From a virus (lineage: Duplodnaviria; Caudoviricetes), in the IMG/VR virus record IMGVR_UViG_3300014208_000027, positions 128,001-192,000 of that record: 64,000 bases of DNA; one strand, 5' to 3'. Below the pieces are notes generated by a model. That model saw nothing but the letters and a program-made list of their open reading frames with translations, had not been told where the DNA came from and did no database searches. The translations under genes and the position numbers were made by a program. Positions 37,159 to 47,420 of this stretch are shown piece after piece (positions within the stretch are counted from its first letter, which is position 1; the number at the start of each line of letters is the position of its first letter).

Positions 37159-37344
37159 TTGGAGAATGTTGTGAATAATAGAGTAGATTGCTTTTGTCCT
37201 AAATGTGGTAAAATTCGTCGTGCTTTTATGAAAGCTAATGGCAAATTAGAATTTCTTATGAGTCATTACTTGCCAGCCGGTAAATTTAATAAACGCGCTC
37301 CAAAATATTGCTATCGTCCTTGTAAAGATTGTTTAGCGCATTAG
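37159..37344 (+). CDS. Small Zn-finger protein
   Basis: CPKC...CKDC; TTG start. Confidence 0.5.
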   Translation: MENVVNNRVDCFCPKCGKIRRAFMKANGKLEFLMSHYLPAGKFNKRAPKYCYRPCKDCLAH

Positions 37345-37357
37345 AAAGTATTTTATC

Positions 37358-37540
37358 ATGGAAAAGAACTTAATGGATGTGATTTGTCCTCATTGCGGTA
37401 GAAATTGTAAAGCTCATGGTAATAAAAGGGGTTATCGTTTGGTTACATCATGGAGTAGGTTACAATCTAAGAAACAATCTCATAGATATGTTTATAAACT
37501 TTGTGATCATTGCGAAGATCGAAACATAGGAAGGTCTTAA
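37358..37540 (+). CDS. Small Zn-finger protein
   Basis: CPHC...CDHC. Confidence 0.55.
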   Translation: MEKNLMDVICPHCGRNCKAHGNKRGYRLVTSWSRLQSKKQSHRYVYKLCDHCEDRNIGRS

Positions 37541-37541
37541 A

Positions 37542-37766
37542 ATGTTATTACATGAAGTTTTAAGTTGCGAAGATGTTCAAAAAGGTGTAGTCTGGTTTAG
37601 ACCATTATTTTGGGAAGGTAGTGGTCAAGCTTTGAGCATTCACGGTGGTATTAAAATTGAGCCAAGTTTTTCCCATGATGTAAATTGGAACCCAAGATTA
37701 GAAGATTTAAAAGGTGAATGGCAGATTTGTCCTCCTAGCACTGTTTTAAATGAGATAGAAGTTTAA
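37542..37766 (+). CDS. Small hypothetical protein, paralog of 36909..37145
   Basis: FRPLFWEGSG...WNPRLEDLKGEWQIC. Confidence 0.65.
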   Translation: MLLHEVLSCEDVQKGVVWFRPLFWEGSGQALSIHGGIKIEPSFSHDVNWNPRLEDLKGEWQICPPSTVLNEIEV

Positions 37767-37767
37767 A

Positions 37768-37998
37768 ATGATAACATTTTCTTCGATTGAAGACGCACTT
37801 AAGGTTCAATCTGGTGATTTATTTTGGGTGAAGTTGCCAGAACCTTATGGTGAATATGTTCCTGCTGAAGTGTTAGATTATAAAACACAAGAATTTGGCG
37901 AACATGCTGGTGAAGTAGGTTATGAAATTAAACTTTGCTCAGGAACATATTGTGTTAATGTTTATAAAAAAGATTTATTTGTTAAGAGGATTCGATAA
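37768..37998 (+). CDS. Small hypothetical protein
   Basis: Packed operon with 1-nt gaps. Confidence 0.55.
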   Translation: MITFSSIEDALKVQSGDLFWVKLPEPYGEYVPAEVLDYKTQEFGEHAGEVGYEIKLCSGTYCVNVYKKDLFVKRIR

Positions 37999-38300
37999 TG
38001 GTTAAATTTAAAAAAGTTAAGGTATGTTGTAGTGAAATAGAAGATGTTATCTGCAATAAGTGTGGCAACTCTATGATGCCCGAGCATAATGTTTGTGGTT
38101 TGAACGCTGAAGTTACAGGTTGTTATGAGTCTTCAGTATTCAGTGATATGGATAAATATAAGTTTTCTATATGTGAGCATTGTCTTTTAGAAATTTTTGA
38201 AACTTTTAAAGTTCCAGTTGAATTTGAACATTATTATTTTGATAATTCAGATTGTTGGGAAATTGATAGTGATATGGAGGATTGTAATGACGTGAAGTGA
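37998..38300 (+). CDS. Small Zn-binding hypothetical protein
   Basis: CNKC...ICEHC. Confidence 0.6.
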   Translation: MVKFKKVKVCCSEIEDVICNKCGNSMMPEHNVCGLNAEVTGCYESSVFSDMDKYKFSICEHCLLEIFETFKVPVEFEHYYFDNSDCWEIDSDMEDCNDVK

Positions 38301-38360
38301 TTTATTTTTTATTGCCTAGTAAACTTTTTTAACCTTTAACCGTTTTTGAGGAGTTTTAAA

Positions 38361-38576
38361 ATGTCAAAGAAGAATCAACAACTTAATTTGCGAGATGACC
38401 TTTCTTATTCTTTTGTAGGTTCTAAGAAGGCTTGGATGACTACTCGGCAAGCGTCTAATTGGTATAGCGTTAATGATCGCACTGTTCGTAAGTGGGTGGC
38501 TAAGGATCGGCTAAACTGGACAGATGTTGGTCTTAACGCCTCTCGATATCTTGTCGAAGTAGATCTTCTTTCCTAA
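38361..38576 (+). CDS. Helix-turn-helix DNA-binding protein (excisionase/MerR-like fold)
   Basis: WMTTRQASNWYSVNDRTVRKWVAKDRL; GAGGAG SD; start moved to ATG 38361. Confidence 0.65.
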   Translation: MSKKNQQLNLRDDLSYSFVGSKKAWMTTRQASNWYSVNDRTVRKWVAKDRLNWTDVGLNASRYLVEVDLLS

Positions 38577-38631
38577 TAATTTCTTTTTCTTCCCACCCTA
38601 TTTTTTTGTAGTTAATTGTGCTAGTTAGTTT

Positions 38632-40944
38632 ATGGCGCAAGAAGAAACAATAATTTCTCATTCGAAGTATCTTGATAATGTATATACTGCAATGGGAGAT
38701 TATGTAAAATCTGTATATGTTGAATCTGTTCAGGTTCTTCGAGACAGTATAGTTAATTCTTATAGTAAATTTGCTAAAACATTAGGGTACTGGAAATCTG
38801 GAGATGGTGGCGGTAGCACTTATTGGTGGGATGCTTCTTGTACTTTAAATGACGATGGTGGATCTGTTTTAAAACCTGCAAATATTGTTAATGTTTTAAC
38901 GCCCGGAAGATGGAGATTGATTATAAATGAATCTGTTAATGTAAAACAATTTGGGGCTAAAGGAGATGGCATTGCAGATGATACTACTTCTATTCAGAAT
39001 TGTTTAAATTATGCTTTCCCGATTCCAGGTGCTAGAAGTTATTCTTTTGCTTTGTGTAGTGTTTTTATTCCCAGAGGATACTATAAAATAACAAGAGCAT
39101 TAATTGTTGGCATTACTTTAGAAAATTTAGAAGCATTAACCAACCTTCCACAGTATATTTATGGTCCCAGAATATATGGTGAGGGCTATGTCACGACAAA
39201 ATTACTTTGGTGCGGAGATGCTTATGATAAAGTAGGAACCACAGCGGAAAGAACTACTGTTTTAACAATGTTTCACTGTCAACATCCTAGTGTTGAAAGT
39301 TTAGTTATTGAATCTAAATCTACTAACTTTAGATGTGGAATACATTTTAGATGTGGTCCTTCTTCTGCAACAGATGCTATTAATTATCAACATACAAAAG
39401 ATGTTACAGTGGTCGGCGGGACTTGGGTTTATGATGGTTTTTATTGGAGACCTGGGGGAGGAATTGCCGCAGGCGGACATTTAGACTGGACAGGATGGAA
39501 TTCTCCTTTTCCTAATGGTCAATATAGTTATGGAACTTACAATACTTCATTTTATATTGGTTCTGGAACCGGGTTTATTTTTATTGGAACTAATGGAGAA
39601 AATCAATCGCTTTGGAATTGTGGTTCGATCAATGCTGTTCCTTCATCTGCACAATATAAAAAATGTATGGTGTATGGATATAATCTTCGTGGGCTATATG
39701 TTGATGGATATGAGTGTGCTACAATAAACGGACAAAATCAAGCCCCTGGAACACACAATCAAGGATTTTTATATGTTGAGGGAACATCTACGGATTGTCC
39801 TTATGATTTAAAAAATATGCGTTTGGAACACACTTGGCAAATAGCAAAAATAGTATATCCTTTTGGTGCAGCTAACGGGGGTACTATTCCAAGAAATAGC
39901 ACTCATGCTTCAATAAATATTGAAAATGTACAAACTTCTGCCGAAACAGATCATGATCCAGGTAGTGCTCCATGTTATGTTGTTGATGTTGGCCAACCAA
40001 CCAATGTTTATATGAAACATGTTCACTGGGGTCTTGTAGATACTAAAATCAGAGTTGCCGATCCTGGAACAGATAATTTATCTCCTTCTATTGTAACTTT
40101 AGATGGTTGTAGTTTTAAAAACTCGGAAGCTTTGACGAATCCGGCTGCTTTACTTGAAGTTGTTGCTGGCCCTGAAAACTCTTCTACTTATCCGACAAGT
40201 TGCTTGATTACACGAGGTTGTACTGTGATGACTAATGGCAGGACTCAGAATATTAATGTTTCATTAGCCAACACAACTTCTTACAATGTCACTATTATAA
40301 TTGACATGAATGGGACTCCGATATCTTCCACATATACTTCTAGTGAAAATGCCACTATAACAGAGATTGTGAATGCTCTTGTTTCTGCTATCAATAATAG
40401 TTCTGCTTCAACTTATTTAATAGCTAGTAATGCATCTAATACACTTAGAATAACTTCTGTAAATGGTGTATATTGTGTCAAATTACTTACTGATACTCCA
40501 AATGTAGTTACCGTTCCTTCTTTGGCTGGCGAAGCGAATCAAGCACATCTACCTGTTTGGAACGCAGGATATATTGCAGATGGAACTTGGTATCGTAATG
40601 CTGCAACAGAAACAGGCGTGTCTTTTACTAATCCAATAAAAATATCTCAGACGGGCGTTTCAATTGGTTTGGCTGGGACAGAAATAAAAAAACATCTCTC
40701 TGCGAAGGGAGTTTGGTCTTCTGGGAATATTAATGCTTCATCTGTTGGAGTTTTTGATGTAACCGTTCCTGGTTCTTGTGCTGGAAATACTATAAATGTC
40801 GGAATTACTTCTCCACTATCTAAAGCAACTATAAGTGGCTGTTATTTATCTGGAAGTGTTGTTCGAGTTGTAGTGAATAATTTAGATAACTCACCTGCAA
40901 ATGTAAACGGTTCTACTGTTACAGTTGATTGCTGGCAGCATTAA
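38632..40944 (+). CDS. Tailspike / beta-helix depolymerase-like protein
   Basis: GYWKSGDGGGSTYWW, VNVKQFGAKGDGIADDT (pectate-lyase-3-type start); CTAGTTA 4 nt before the ATG. Confidence 0.75.
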   Translation: MAQEETIISHSKYLDNVYTAMGDYVKSVYVESVQVLRDSIVNSYSKFAKTLGYWKSGDGGGSTYWWDASCTLNDDGGSVLKPANIVNVLTPGRWRLIINESVNVKQFGAKGDGIADDTTSIQNCLNYAFPIPGARSYSFALCSVFIPRGYYKITRALIVGITLENLEALTNLPQYIYGPRIYGEGYVTTKLLWCGDAYDKVGTTAERTTVLTMFHCQHPSVESLVIESKSTNFRCGIHFRCGPSSATDAINYQHTKDVTVVGGTWVYDGFYWRPGGGIAAGGHLDWTGWNSPFPNGQYSYGTYNTSFYIGSGTGFIFIGTNGENQSLWNCGSINAVPSSAQYKKCMVYGYNLRGLYVDGYECATINGQNQAPGTHNQGFLYVEGTSTDCPYDLKNMRLEHTWQIAKIVYPFGAANGGTIPRNSTHASINIENVQTSAETDHDPGSAPCYVVDVGQPTNVYMKHVHWGLVDTKIRVADPGTDNLSPSIVTLDGCSFKNSEALTNPAALLEVVAGPENSSTYPTSCLITRGCTVMTNGRTQNINVSLANTTSYNVTIIIDMNGTPISSTYTSSENATITEIVNALVSAINNSSASTYLIASNASNTLRITSVNGVYCVKLLTDTPNVVTVPSLAGEANQAHLPVWNAGYIADGTWYRNAATETGVSFTNPIKISQTGVSIGLAGTEIKKHLSAKGVWSSGNINASSVGVFDVTVPGSCAGNTINVGITSPLSKATISGCYLSGSVVRVVVNNLDNSPANVNGSTVTVDCWQH

Positions 40945-40963
40945 TTTTTTCCTTCCTCTCTTC

Positions 40964-40971
40964 ACTATTTA
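40964..40971 (+). promoter_or_regulatory. Putative late promoter ACTATTTA (neck operon)
   Basis: Upstream of the AGAGGA SD and GTG 40997. Confidence 0.6.
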
Positions 40972-40996
40972 ACAGTAACTATAAGAGGATCACTAT

Positions 40997-42319
40997 GTGG
41001 CACATTTAATCGATCTTAACCCTTTATCTACTATATCAGAAGTTGTATTGCCTGCTACAGGTAGTATTAACAATGTTAATTTATATGTGCCTAATGGAAT
41101 TTATAGTGATCCAGGTTCAGAGTTTTATTCAGTAAATTTTCTTTATGGTGCAGTAGATCAAGTAGCTTATACCTATAAAAAGTTAGGTGGAGATGTACTT
41201 GATATTGAAGTTACAGAAGGTACGGTATACGCTAACTATGAAGAAGCTGTTTTAGAGTATTCTTATATTGTTAACATTCACCAAGCTAAAAATTCTTTAT
41301 CTCGTATGCTTGGTTCTCAAACAGGTTCTTTTGATAGTGATGGTACACTTACTTCAGGTTCTTTAAAAACTAGTTTATCCGGTTCTCACGTAGGACAAAA
41401 GTTTCCTAAATTTTCTTTTGACTATGCCAATAGTATTATGCAAGGCGTATCAAATCAAGTTCCAGTTGGTCAGGCCATTACGGAGTATTCAGCTAGTTTT
41501 TCTATTGTTTTAGAACAACAAGATTATGACCTTCAACAGGCCGTTCAAGATATGGCAGCTTCAGGATCTTTTGGTCCTTATTTTAGTTTAGGTAATAAAC
41601 GTGTGAAGGTAACAAAAGTTTTTTATATTACCCCTCAAGCTACATGGAGATTCTTTGGTCAATATGGAGTAGGTGGATTTAATGTTATTGGTAATTTGTC
41701 TAACTATTCAGGTTATGGTCAATATACCGATGATTCAACTTGGCAAGTTGTTCCTGTTTGGCAAAATATTTTACAAGCCCAAGCATACAGAGAAGCTATT
41801 ACAGTTAGATGCTCAAATTATTCCTATGAATTAAATGGTTCTAAAATTAGAATTTACCCTACGCCTCAAATTTATTCACCGGATAAGTTTTGGTTTAGAT
41901 TTACTTTAGAGAATAGCGATATTTGGAATGAAAAAATAGAAGATGACGGGGCTAAACTTGATTCAGGCTTGAACGGCATTAACAATTTAAACAATGCTCC
42001 GTTTGAGTCTATACCTTACAATGATATCAACAGTATTGGTAAAAATTGGATTAAACGCTTTTGTTATTTGTTAAGCCTTGAAACTCTTGGTCAAATTAGA
42101 AGTAAATTTGATCCGCTTCCTATTCCTAATACAAATATAAGTTTGAACGGCAAAGAATTAATTTCTAATTCGCAAAAAGGTCAGGAAGATATGCGAAAAG
42201 AATTATTTGAAGTACTTGACCAGTTGACTTATGCAGAATTAACTAAACGTGATGCAGAATTACTTGACAGTACCAAGAGCATAGCAGAAAAAATTCCTAA
42301 TATGATTTATATAGGGTAA
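40997..42319 (+). CDS. Neck/head-tail adaptor (T4 gp13-like)
   Basis: C-terminal NWIKRF...LGQIRSKF..LPIP...LNGKELI...MRKEL parallels the gp13 C-terminus. Confidence 0.7.
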   Translation: MAHLIDLNPLSTISEVVLPATGSINNVNLYVPNGIYSDPGSEFYSVNFLYGAVDQVAYTYKKLGGDVLDIEVTEGTVYANYEEAVLEYSYIVNIHQAKNSLSRMLGSQTGSFDSDGTLTSGSLKTSLSGSHVGQKFPKFSFDYANSIMQGVSNQVPVGQAITEYSASFSIVLEQQDYDLQQAVQDMAASGSFGPYFSLGNKRVKVTKVFYITPQATWRFFGQYGVGGFNVIGNLSNYSGYGQYTDDSTWQVVPVWQNILQAQAYREAITVRCSNYSYELNGSKIRIYPTPQIYSPDKFWFRFTLENSDIWNEKIEDDGAKLDSGLNGINNLNNAPFESIPYNDINSIGKNWIKRFCYLLSLETLGQIRSKFDPLPIPNTNISLNGKELISNSQKGQEDMRKELFEVLDQLTYAELTKRDAELLDSTKSIAEKIPNMIYIG

Positions 42320-42325
42320 TTTTAA

Positions 42326-42826
42326 TTGTCCCAAGCTAACAAAAAGTATGATCGTCAACTTGCTCCTGCTCCTCCACTATTTCTAGGGGCAAAAGAAAAA
42401 AAGTATCAAAAGCAAATTAACGATCAGCTTATTGAAACTGTTCTACCTTTTCAAATTCTATATTTTCCTATTGATATAGACACTACTAATTTTCACTCAT
42501 TATATGGCGAGGCAATAGAAAAAAACTTTCTTAACCCTATAGTAGTTCGATGTATTGTAGAATGGGCAGGCGAGCAAACAGAGACTACAGGTTATGGTAT
42601 TGATCGCAAGGCTTCACCAATTAAAATATATTTTCATAAGCGTAGACTAGTAGAAGATCAAAATCTTTATGTTCGCATGGGTGATTTCGTTCAGTATGGT
42701 GACAACTTCTATGAAATTATAGACCTTAACGAAACTAGAGAACTTTTCGGGGATAATTCTTTTAAAGTTGAGATTAGTGCTACGTGCATTAGAGCCAGAG
42801 AAGAATTATTTAATGGGCAATTTTAA
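42326..42826 (+). CDS. Head closure/neck protein (gp14-like)
   Basis: ILYFPID...HSLYGEAIEK, YVRMGDFVQYGDNFYEI; gene order. Confidence 0.55.
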   Translation: MSQANKKYDRQLAPAPPLFLGAKEKKYQKQINDQLIETVLPFQILYFPIDIDTTNFHSLYGEAIEKNFLNPIVVRCIVEWAGEQTETTGYGIDRKASPIKIYFHKRRLVEDQNLYVRMGDFVQYGDNFYEIIDLNETRELFGDNSFKVEISATCIRAREELFNGQF

Positions 42827-42829
42827 TTT

Positions 42830-43714
42830 ATGACTGCAATTTCAAATAAATCTATTCATGAAATACCATTTCAACCTTCTACGATTGAAAATATCGATAT
42901 AGCCTTTTATCAATGGCTTAATGAAACAGTAAATGTTTTTTGTACGACTAAAGAAGGTTGGCAAAAAGTTGAAGTAGTTTGGGTAGGTTCTGAACGTGCT
43001 TGGTTATCTAAAAAAACTAAAGATGCCCATGAAAAAACTGGTGCTTTATTTTTCCCACTTATATCGGTGGAAAGAAAAAATATAGTTAAGGATCTCGCCA
43101 AGAAAGGTAAATTTTTTGCTGGTCTACCTTTAGTTAATGATGAAAAAGGTGGTACTGAAACGGTTACTATAGCTAAAAGAATTAAACAAGATAAGACTGC
43201 TAATTTTGTTAATAATGATATGAAACAACGGTTTGGTCAAAGTAATTTTCCTCGTAAATCTAGTAAAATAGTTTATGAAACCATGTCTATCCCTATCCCG
43301 GTATATATTGAGATTGATTATGAGGTAAAGATTAAAACTTTGTATCAACAACAAATGAACGAAATGCAACAACCATTTATGACGAAGACGCTAGGGTTAA
43401 ATTATTTTGTTATCCGTAATGAAGGTCATAGATACGAGTCTTTTATGGATTCAAACTTTAACAATCTTCATAGCAATTCAACTCTAGATGGTAAAGAAAG
43501 AATATTTGAAACATCATTTAGTGTCAAAGTTCTAGGTTATCTAATTGGTGGTGGTAAAAACGATAGTCAACCTAAAATAGTTATTCGTGAGAATGCCGTA
43601 GAATTTCGGATGCCAAAAGAAAGTATTGTGTTTGGAGATAAAACACTACAAGGTGGTGAATATGTAGGTATAGGCGGGTTTGGTAGCAATCCTAAGAAAA
43701 TTAGACCTATTTAA
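42830..43714 (+). CDS. Tail terminator / sheath stabiliser (gp15-like)
   Basis: SERAW, FPLISVER, IPIPVYIEIDYEV...QQMNE; lies directly before the sheath gene. Confidence 0.6.
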   Translation: MTAISNKSIHEIPFQPSTIENIDIAFYQWLNETVNVFCTTKEGWQKVEVVWVGSERAWLSKKTKDAHEKTGALFFPLISVERKNIVKDLAKKGKFFAGLPLVNDEKGGTETVTIAKRIKQDKTANFVNNDMKQRFGQSNFPRKSSKIVYETMSIPIPVYIEIDYEVKIKTLYQQQMNEMQQPFMTKTLGLNYFVIRNEGHRYESFMDSNFNNLHSNSTLDGKERIFETSFSVKVLGYLIGGGKNDSQPKIVIRENAVEFRMPKESIVFGDKTLQGGEYVGIGGFGSNPKKIRPI

Positions 43715-43767
43715 ATCGTTACAAGTCAAGAAAAATTTTTCTTTGCTAGCATAAGGAAAGTGTTGGA

Positions 43768-43775
43768 ACTATTTA
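43768..43775 (+). promoter_or_regulatory. Putative late promoter ACTATTTA (sheath)
   Basis: Upstream of the AAGGAG SD and ATG 43809. Confidence 0.6.
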
Positions 43776-43808
43776 TTTGGAGATAGCCTTATAAGGAGAA
43801 ATTTAAGC

Positions 43809-46748
43809 ATGTCGGTTTCCCAATACAAATTTGTAAGTCCCGGAGTTTTTGTTTCAGAGATTGATAACTCACAACTTCCAAAAACTTCTAATAAGCTTGG
43901 TCCAGTTATTATTGGTCGTTCTGAACGTGGTCCTTCTATGCGTCCTGTACGAGTAGAGTCTTTTTCTGAGTTTATTGAGATCTTTGGGAATCCTATTCCA
44001 GGTGGTCAAGGTGGTGATGTTTGGCGAGATGGAAATTATACCGCTCCTACTTATGGACCTTACGCAGCCCAAGCATGGTTAAAAAATAATTCTCCTCTAA
44101 CATACGTTCGACTTCTGGGTTTCTCTCATACCAATGCTACTGCCGCTGGCGCGGCTGGTTGGACTACTAAAGACACTAGTGGGAATACTACTGGTCTTGG
44201 TGTGCAAGATACTAATGGTGGAGCATACGGACTTTTTATTATTGCCTCGTCATCCTATGGTGTATTGTCTGGGTCTACTGGACTTACAGGGACTGATACA
44301 AGCCCCGCTACAGGCTCACTAGCCGCCGTTTGGTATGTTAACCAAGGGTCTATTGGTTTGACGGGTTCATATCCTGGAACGGGCGGGAGTGGAGCCACAA
44401 CGGCATCTGGTTCTGCCGTCATGGTTCAATCTGTTGGTGCTAACAAAGAATTTAAAGTTGTTCTACGCGATAAAAACAGTAGTGTTGTCAGTACGACTAC
44501 TTTCAACTTTAATCGTGATTCACAAAAGTTTATTCGCAAGGTTTTTAATACTAATCCTACACTTACAAATCTTAGTGTAACTCAAGGCGCGAATACTGCT
44601 TCTTATTGGCTCGGACCTACTTATGAAACTTTTCTTGACAATACTGTTAGTAGCGGTTCTACTGCTGGTGATTGTTTCGGAATTATCCTTGGGTTGAAGA
44701 ATTCTACTACCGAAGGAAGCAATTTTAAAGTTTCTGCTCAACCTGCTAAAACTGGTTGGTTCTTTAGTCAAGATTTACAATCTGTTACTGGTTCTTCTAA
44801 TTCTTATCAACCAGAGAATATGACGAAGCTGTTCCGATTCCTTTGTCTTGACACTGGAGAATGGACTCAATCAAACATTAAAATCTCTATTCAAGATGTC
44901 AAGGCTTCAACGAATCCATTTGATCTTTATGGAACTTTTACAGTTGTACTTCGTAAAGCTGATGACACTGACAATGCAGTTAGAGTTATCGAACGCTTTT
45001 CGGAATGCAGTTTGAATCCATTTTCTCCAAATTACATTGCTAAGAAAGTTGGTGATAAATATCTTACTTGGGATGACACCGAAAGACGTTATCGAGAATA
45101 TGGAAACTATAATAATCTTTCTAAGTTTGTTCGTGTGGAAATGAATTCTGACGTAGACCAAGGTGCTGTCAATGCTGAATGTTTACCATTTGGTGTTTAT
45201 GGCCCAGTTCGATTTAAAGGGTTTGGTCTTGTGAGTGGTTCTACAGATACATTAGTTTATGGAGCTAATACTTCTGGAGCTACTGCATTTGCTAATGCTA
45301 TGGCTGAAGGTGGTACTAGTTTAGTTCGGGCTGATGTAAATGGTTCACAAGTATTTAATCCTGGAAATTTGGCCTTTACTGGCTCTTTCTTATTCCCGGC
45401 GCTTACGATTCGTAGTGCTTCTAGCGACGGTGGTATGGCTAGTCCTAAAGATGCTTATTGGGGTCTTCAAACTACAATTTCCAACACCAACACTCGTTAT
45501 GACGCAGCTTATAAAGATGTTGTTCGTATGCTTCCAAGTGGCTATAATGATACTCTAGCTGATAATACCGTAACTGAGTACTCTTGGATTGTTACCCTTG
45601 ATAACGTAGCCAAGACTTCTTCTACTGCTACTCATGCAGTTTATGTGTCAGGTTCTCGTGCTACCGGATATTCTTTGACGGCTCAAGGATCAAATAATTA
45701 TAAAGCTGTCCTAGATGCAGGGTTTGATCGGTTCACTACACCTCTTTATGGTGGTTTTGATGGTCTAGATATTACTGAAAAAGATCCTTTTAACAATACT
45801 GATCTAGCTGGTGGTTCTGAGACTACAAATTATGCTTTCAACTCTGTTAAACGTGCAATGGATTGTTTAGCTGATCCAGAGATGGTTGAGTGTAACATGA
45901 TGTCTTACCCTGGATTAACTCATGATGGTTTAACGGCTCACCTTTTAAATATCTGTTCTGATAGAGCAGATGCTTTTTGTGTGATTGATCTTCCAGGTGG
46001 TTATGTTCCTCCTTCTGAGAATGGCAATGGTGATTCTTCTGTTGGAAACCGTGGTGATGTTGACACTACCGTTTCTAATCTTCTCGGAAGAGGAGTAAAT
46101 AATAGTTACGGTGGAGCTTATTATCCTTGGGTACAGGCTAAAGACACTATCACTGGCGCTACTCTTTGGGTGCCGCCCTCTATCGCTGCTATCGGCACTA
46201 TGGGTAGTTCTGAAGCCAAGTCTGAAATTTGGTTTGCTCCTGCTGGTTTTAATCGTGGTGGGCTTTCCGACGGTGCAGCAGGTATCCCAATCGTAGGGGT
46301 AAAAGAAAAATTAACTGTTAAACAGCGTGATAAACTTTATGCTGCCAATATCAATCCGATTGCATCCTTTCCAAGTGAAGGTATTGTAATCTTTGGCCAG
46401 AAGACTCTTCAAGTAACTCCTTCTGCTCTTGATAGAATCAATGTTCGTAGAATGCTTATTCATGTCAAGAAAGAAATTTCTAGAATGGCAGCAACGATTC
46501 TTTTTGATCAGAATGTTAAAGCTACTTGGAATCGTTTCATTGGTAAGGCAGATCCTTTCCTTCGTACTGTTAAAGTTCGATTTGGTTTGGTAGATTATAA
46601 AATCGTTCTTGATGAGACTACAACTACTCCAGACCTTATTGATCGAAATGTTTTGTACGCTAAGATTTTCCTTAAACCTGCTAAGGCGATTGAATATATT
46701 GCTCTTGATTTTAATATCACTGGTCAAGGCGCTTCATTTATTGACTAA
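43809..46748 (+). CDS. gp18: Contractile tail sheath protein (gp18-like)
   Basis: FVSPGVFVSEID, WFAPAGFNRGGL, QRDKLYAANINPI...GQKTLQ..SALDRINVRR. Confidence 0.93.
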   Translation: MSVSQYKFVSPGVFVSEIDNSQLPKTSNKLGPVIIGRSERGPSMRPVRVESFSEFIEIFGNPIPGGQGGDVWRDGNYTAPTYGPYAAQAWLKNNSPLTYVRLLGFSHTNATAAGAAGWTTKDTSGNTTGLGVQDTNGGAYGLFIIASSSYGVLSGSTGLTGTDTSPATGSLAAVWYVNQGSIGLTGSYPGTGGSGATTASGSAVMVQSVGANKEFKVVLRDKNSSVVSTTTFNFNRDSQKFIRKVFNTNPTLTNLSVTQGANTASYWLGPTYETFLDNTVSSGSTAGDCFGIILGLKNSTTEGSNFKVSAQPAKTGWFFSQDLQSVTGSSNSYQPENMTKLFRFLCLDTGEWTQSNIKISIQDVKASTNPFDLYGTFTVVLRKADDTDNAVRVIERFSECSLNPFSPNYIAKKVGDKYLTWDDTERRYREYGNYNNLSKFVRVEMNSDVDQGAVNAECLPFGVYGPVRFKGFGLVSGSTDTLVYGANTSGATAFANAMAEGGTSLVRADVNGSQVFNPGNLAFTGSFLFPALTIRSASSDGGMASPKDAYWGLQTTISNTNTRYDAAYKDVVRMLPSGYNDTLADNTVTEYSWIVTLDNVAKTSSTATHAVYVSGSRATGYSLTAQGSNNYKAVLDAGFDRFTTPLYGGFDGLDITEKDPFNNTDLAGGSETTNYAFNSVKRAMDCLADPEMVECNMMSYPGLTHDGLTAHLLNICSDRADAFCVIDLPGGYVPPSENGNGDSSVGNRGDVDTTVSNLLGRGVNNSYGGAYYPWVQAKDTITGATLWVPPSIAAIGTMGSSEAKSEIWFAPAGFNRGGLSDGAAGIPIVGVKEKLTVKQRDKLYAANINPIASFPSEGIVIFGQKTLQVTPSALDRINVRRMLIHVKKEISRMAATILFDQNVKATWNRFIGKADPFLRTVKVRFGLVDYKIVLDETTTTPDLIDRNVLYAKIFLKPAKAIEYIALDFNITGQGASFID

Positions 46749-46773
46749 GGGAAGAAAAAATAAGTTAACACGG

Positions 46774-46780
46774 CTATTTA
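46774..46780 (+). promoter_or_regulatory. Putative late promoter CTATTTA (tube)
   Basis: Upstream of the AGGAG SD and ATG 46808. Confidence 0.5.
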
Positions 46781-46807
46781 GTTTGTTACAGGAGACTTTA
46801 AGTAAAA

Positions 46808-47338
46808 ATGGCTAAATATAGTTTCTGGTCAGATGCATCACTAGAACCAAAAAGAAATTTTAGGTTTACCTTGCTTATGAATGGTATTCCATCTTGGCTT
46901 ATTAAGAAAGTAAATAAACCTGCCTTCAAAATTAACGAAGCTAAGCATCAATATCTTGGACACACTTTTTATTATCCTGGGAATGTTGAGTATGAACCTG
47001 TTACCATTACGTTAGTTGACCCACTTACTCCTGATGCGTCTAGAACGATTATGAATCATATTGCAGCTTCAGGTTATAAATTTCCTCTTGATGCGACAAG
47101 TACTTCTACAGTTTCTAAAGTTAATGCTGTTGCTGCTTTAGGAAATTTAACTGTTGAGCAAATTGACGCTGATGGTAACATTGCTGATAAGTGGACATAT
47201 AAAAATGCTTGGATTAGTGATGTTAAGTTTGGTGAACTTGCTTATGAAGATAATAACTTAACTGAGATTACATTAACAGTTCGTTATGACTGGGCTGAAA
47301 TGGATGTTCCTGGTCCCGAAGCTGGTGGTCAAAGCTAG
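46808..47338 (+). CDS. gp19: Tail tube protein (gp19-like)
   Basis: EPKRNFRF, IKKVNKP, YPGNVEYEPVTITLVDP, ITLTVRYDWA. Confidence 0.85.
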   Translation: MAKYSFWSDASLEPKRNFRFTLLMNGIPSWLIKKVNKPAFKINEAKHQYLGHTFYYPGNVEYEPVTITLVDPLTPDASRTIMNHIAASGYKFPLDATSTSTVSKVNAVAALGNLTVEQIDADGNIADKWTYKNAWISDVKFGELAYEDNNLTEITLTVRYDWAEMDVPGPEAGGQS

Positions 47339-47420
47339 TTAATCTTTAAACCTCTTGGTGATGTTTGCTTTATAATCTTTCGCTGCAACAAAATAATAAT
47401 TCATTCATAAGGATTTTTTA

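Noticed and set aside
555-40944. Diversity-generating retroelement or invertible tail-fibre cassette
   Set aside because: No reverse transcriptase, invertase, adenine-specific repeat pair or flanking inverted repeats were seen in the window.
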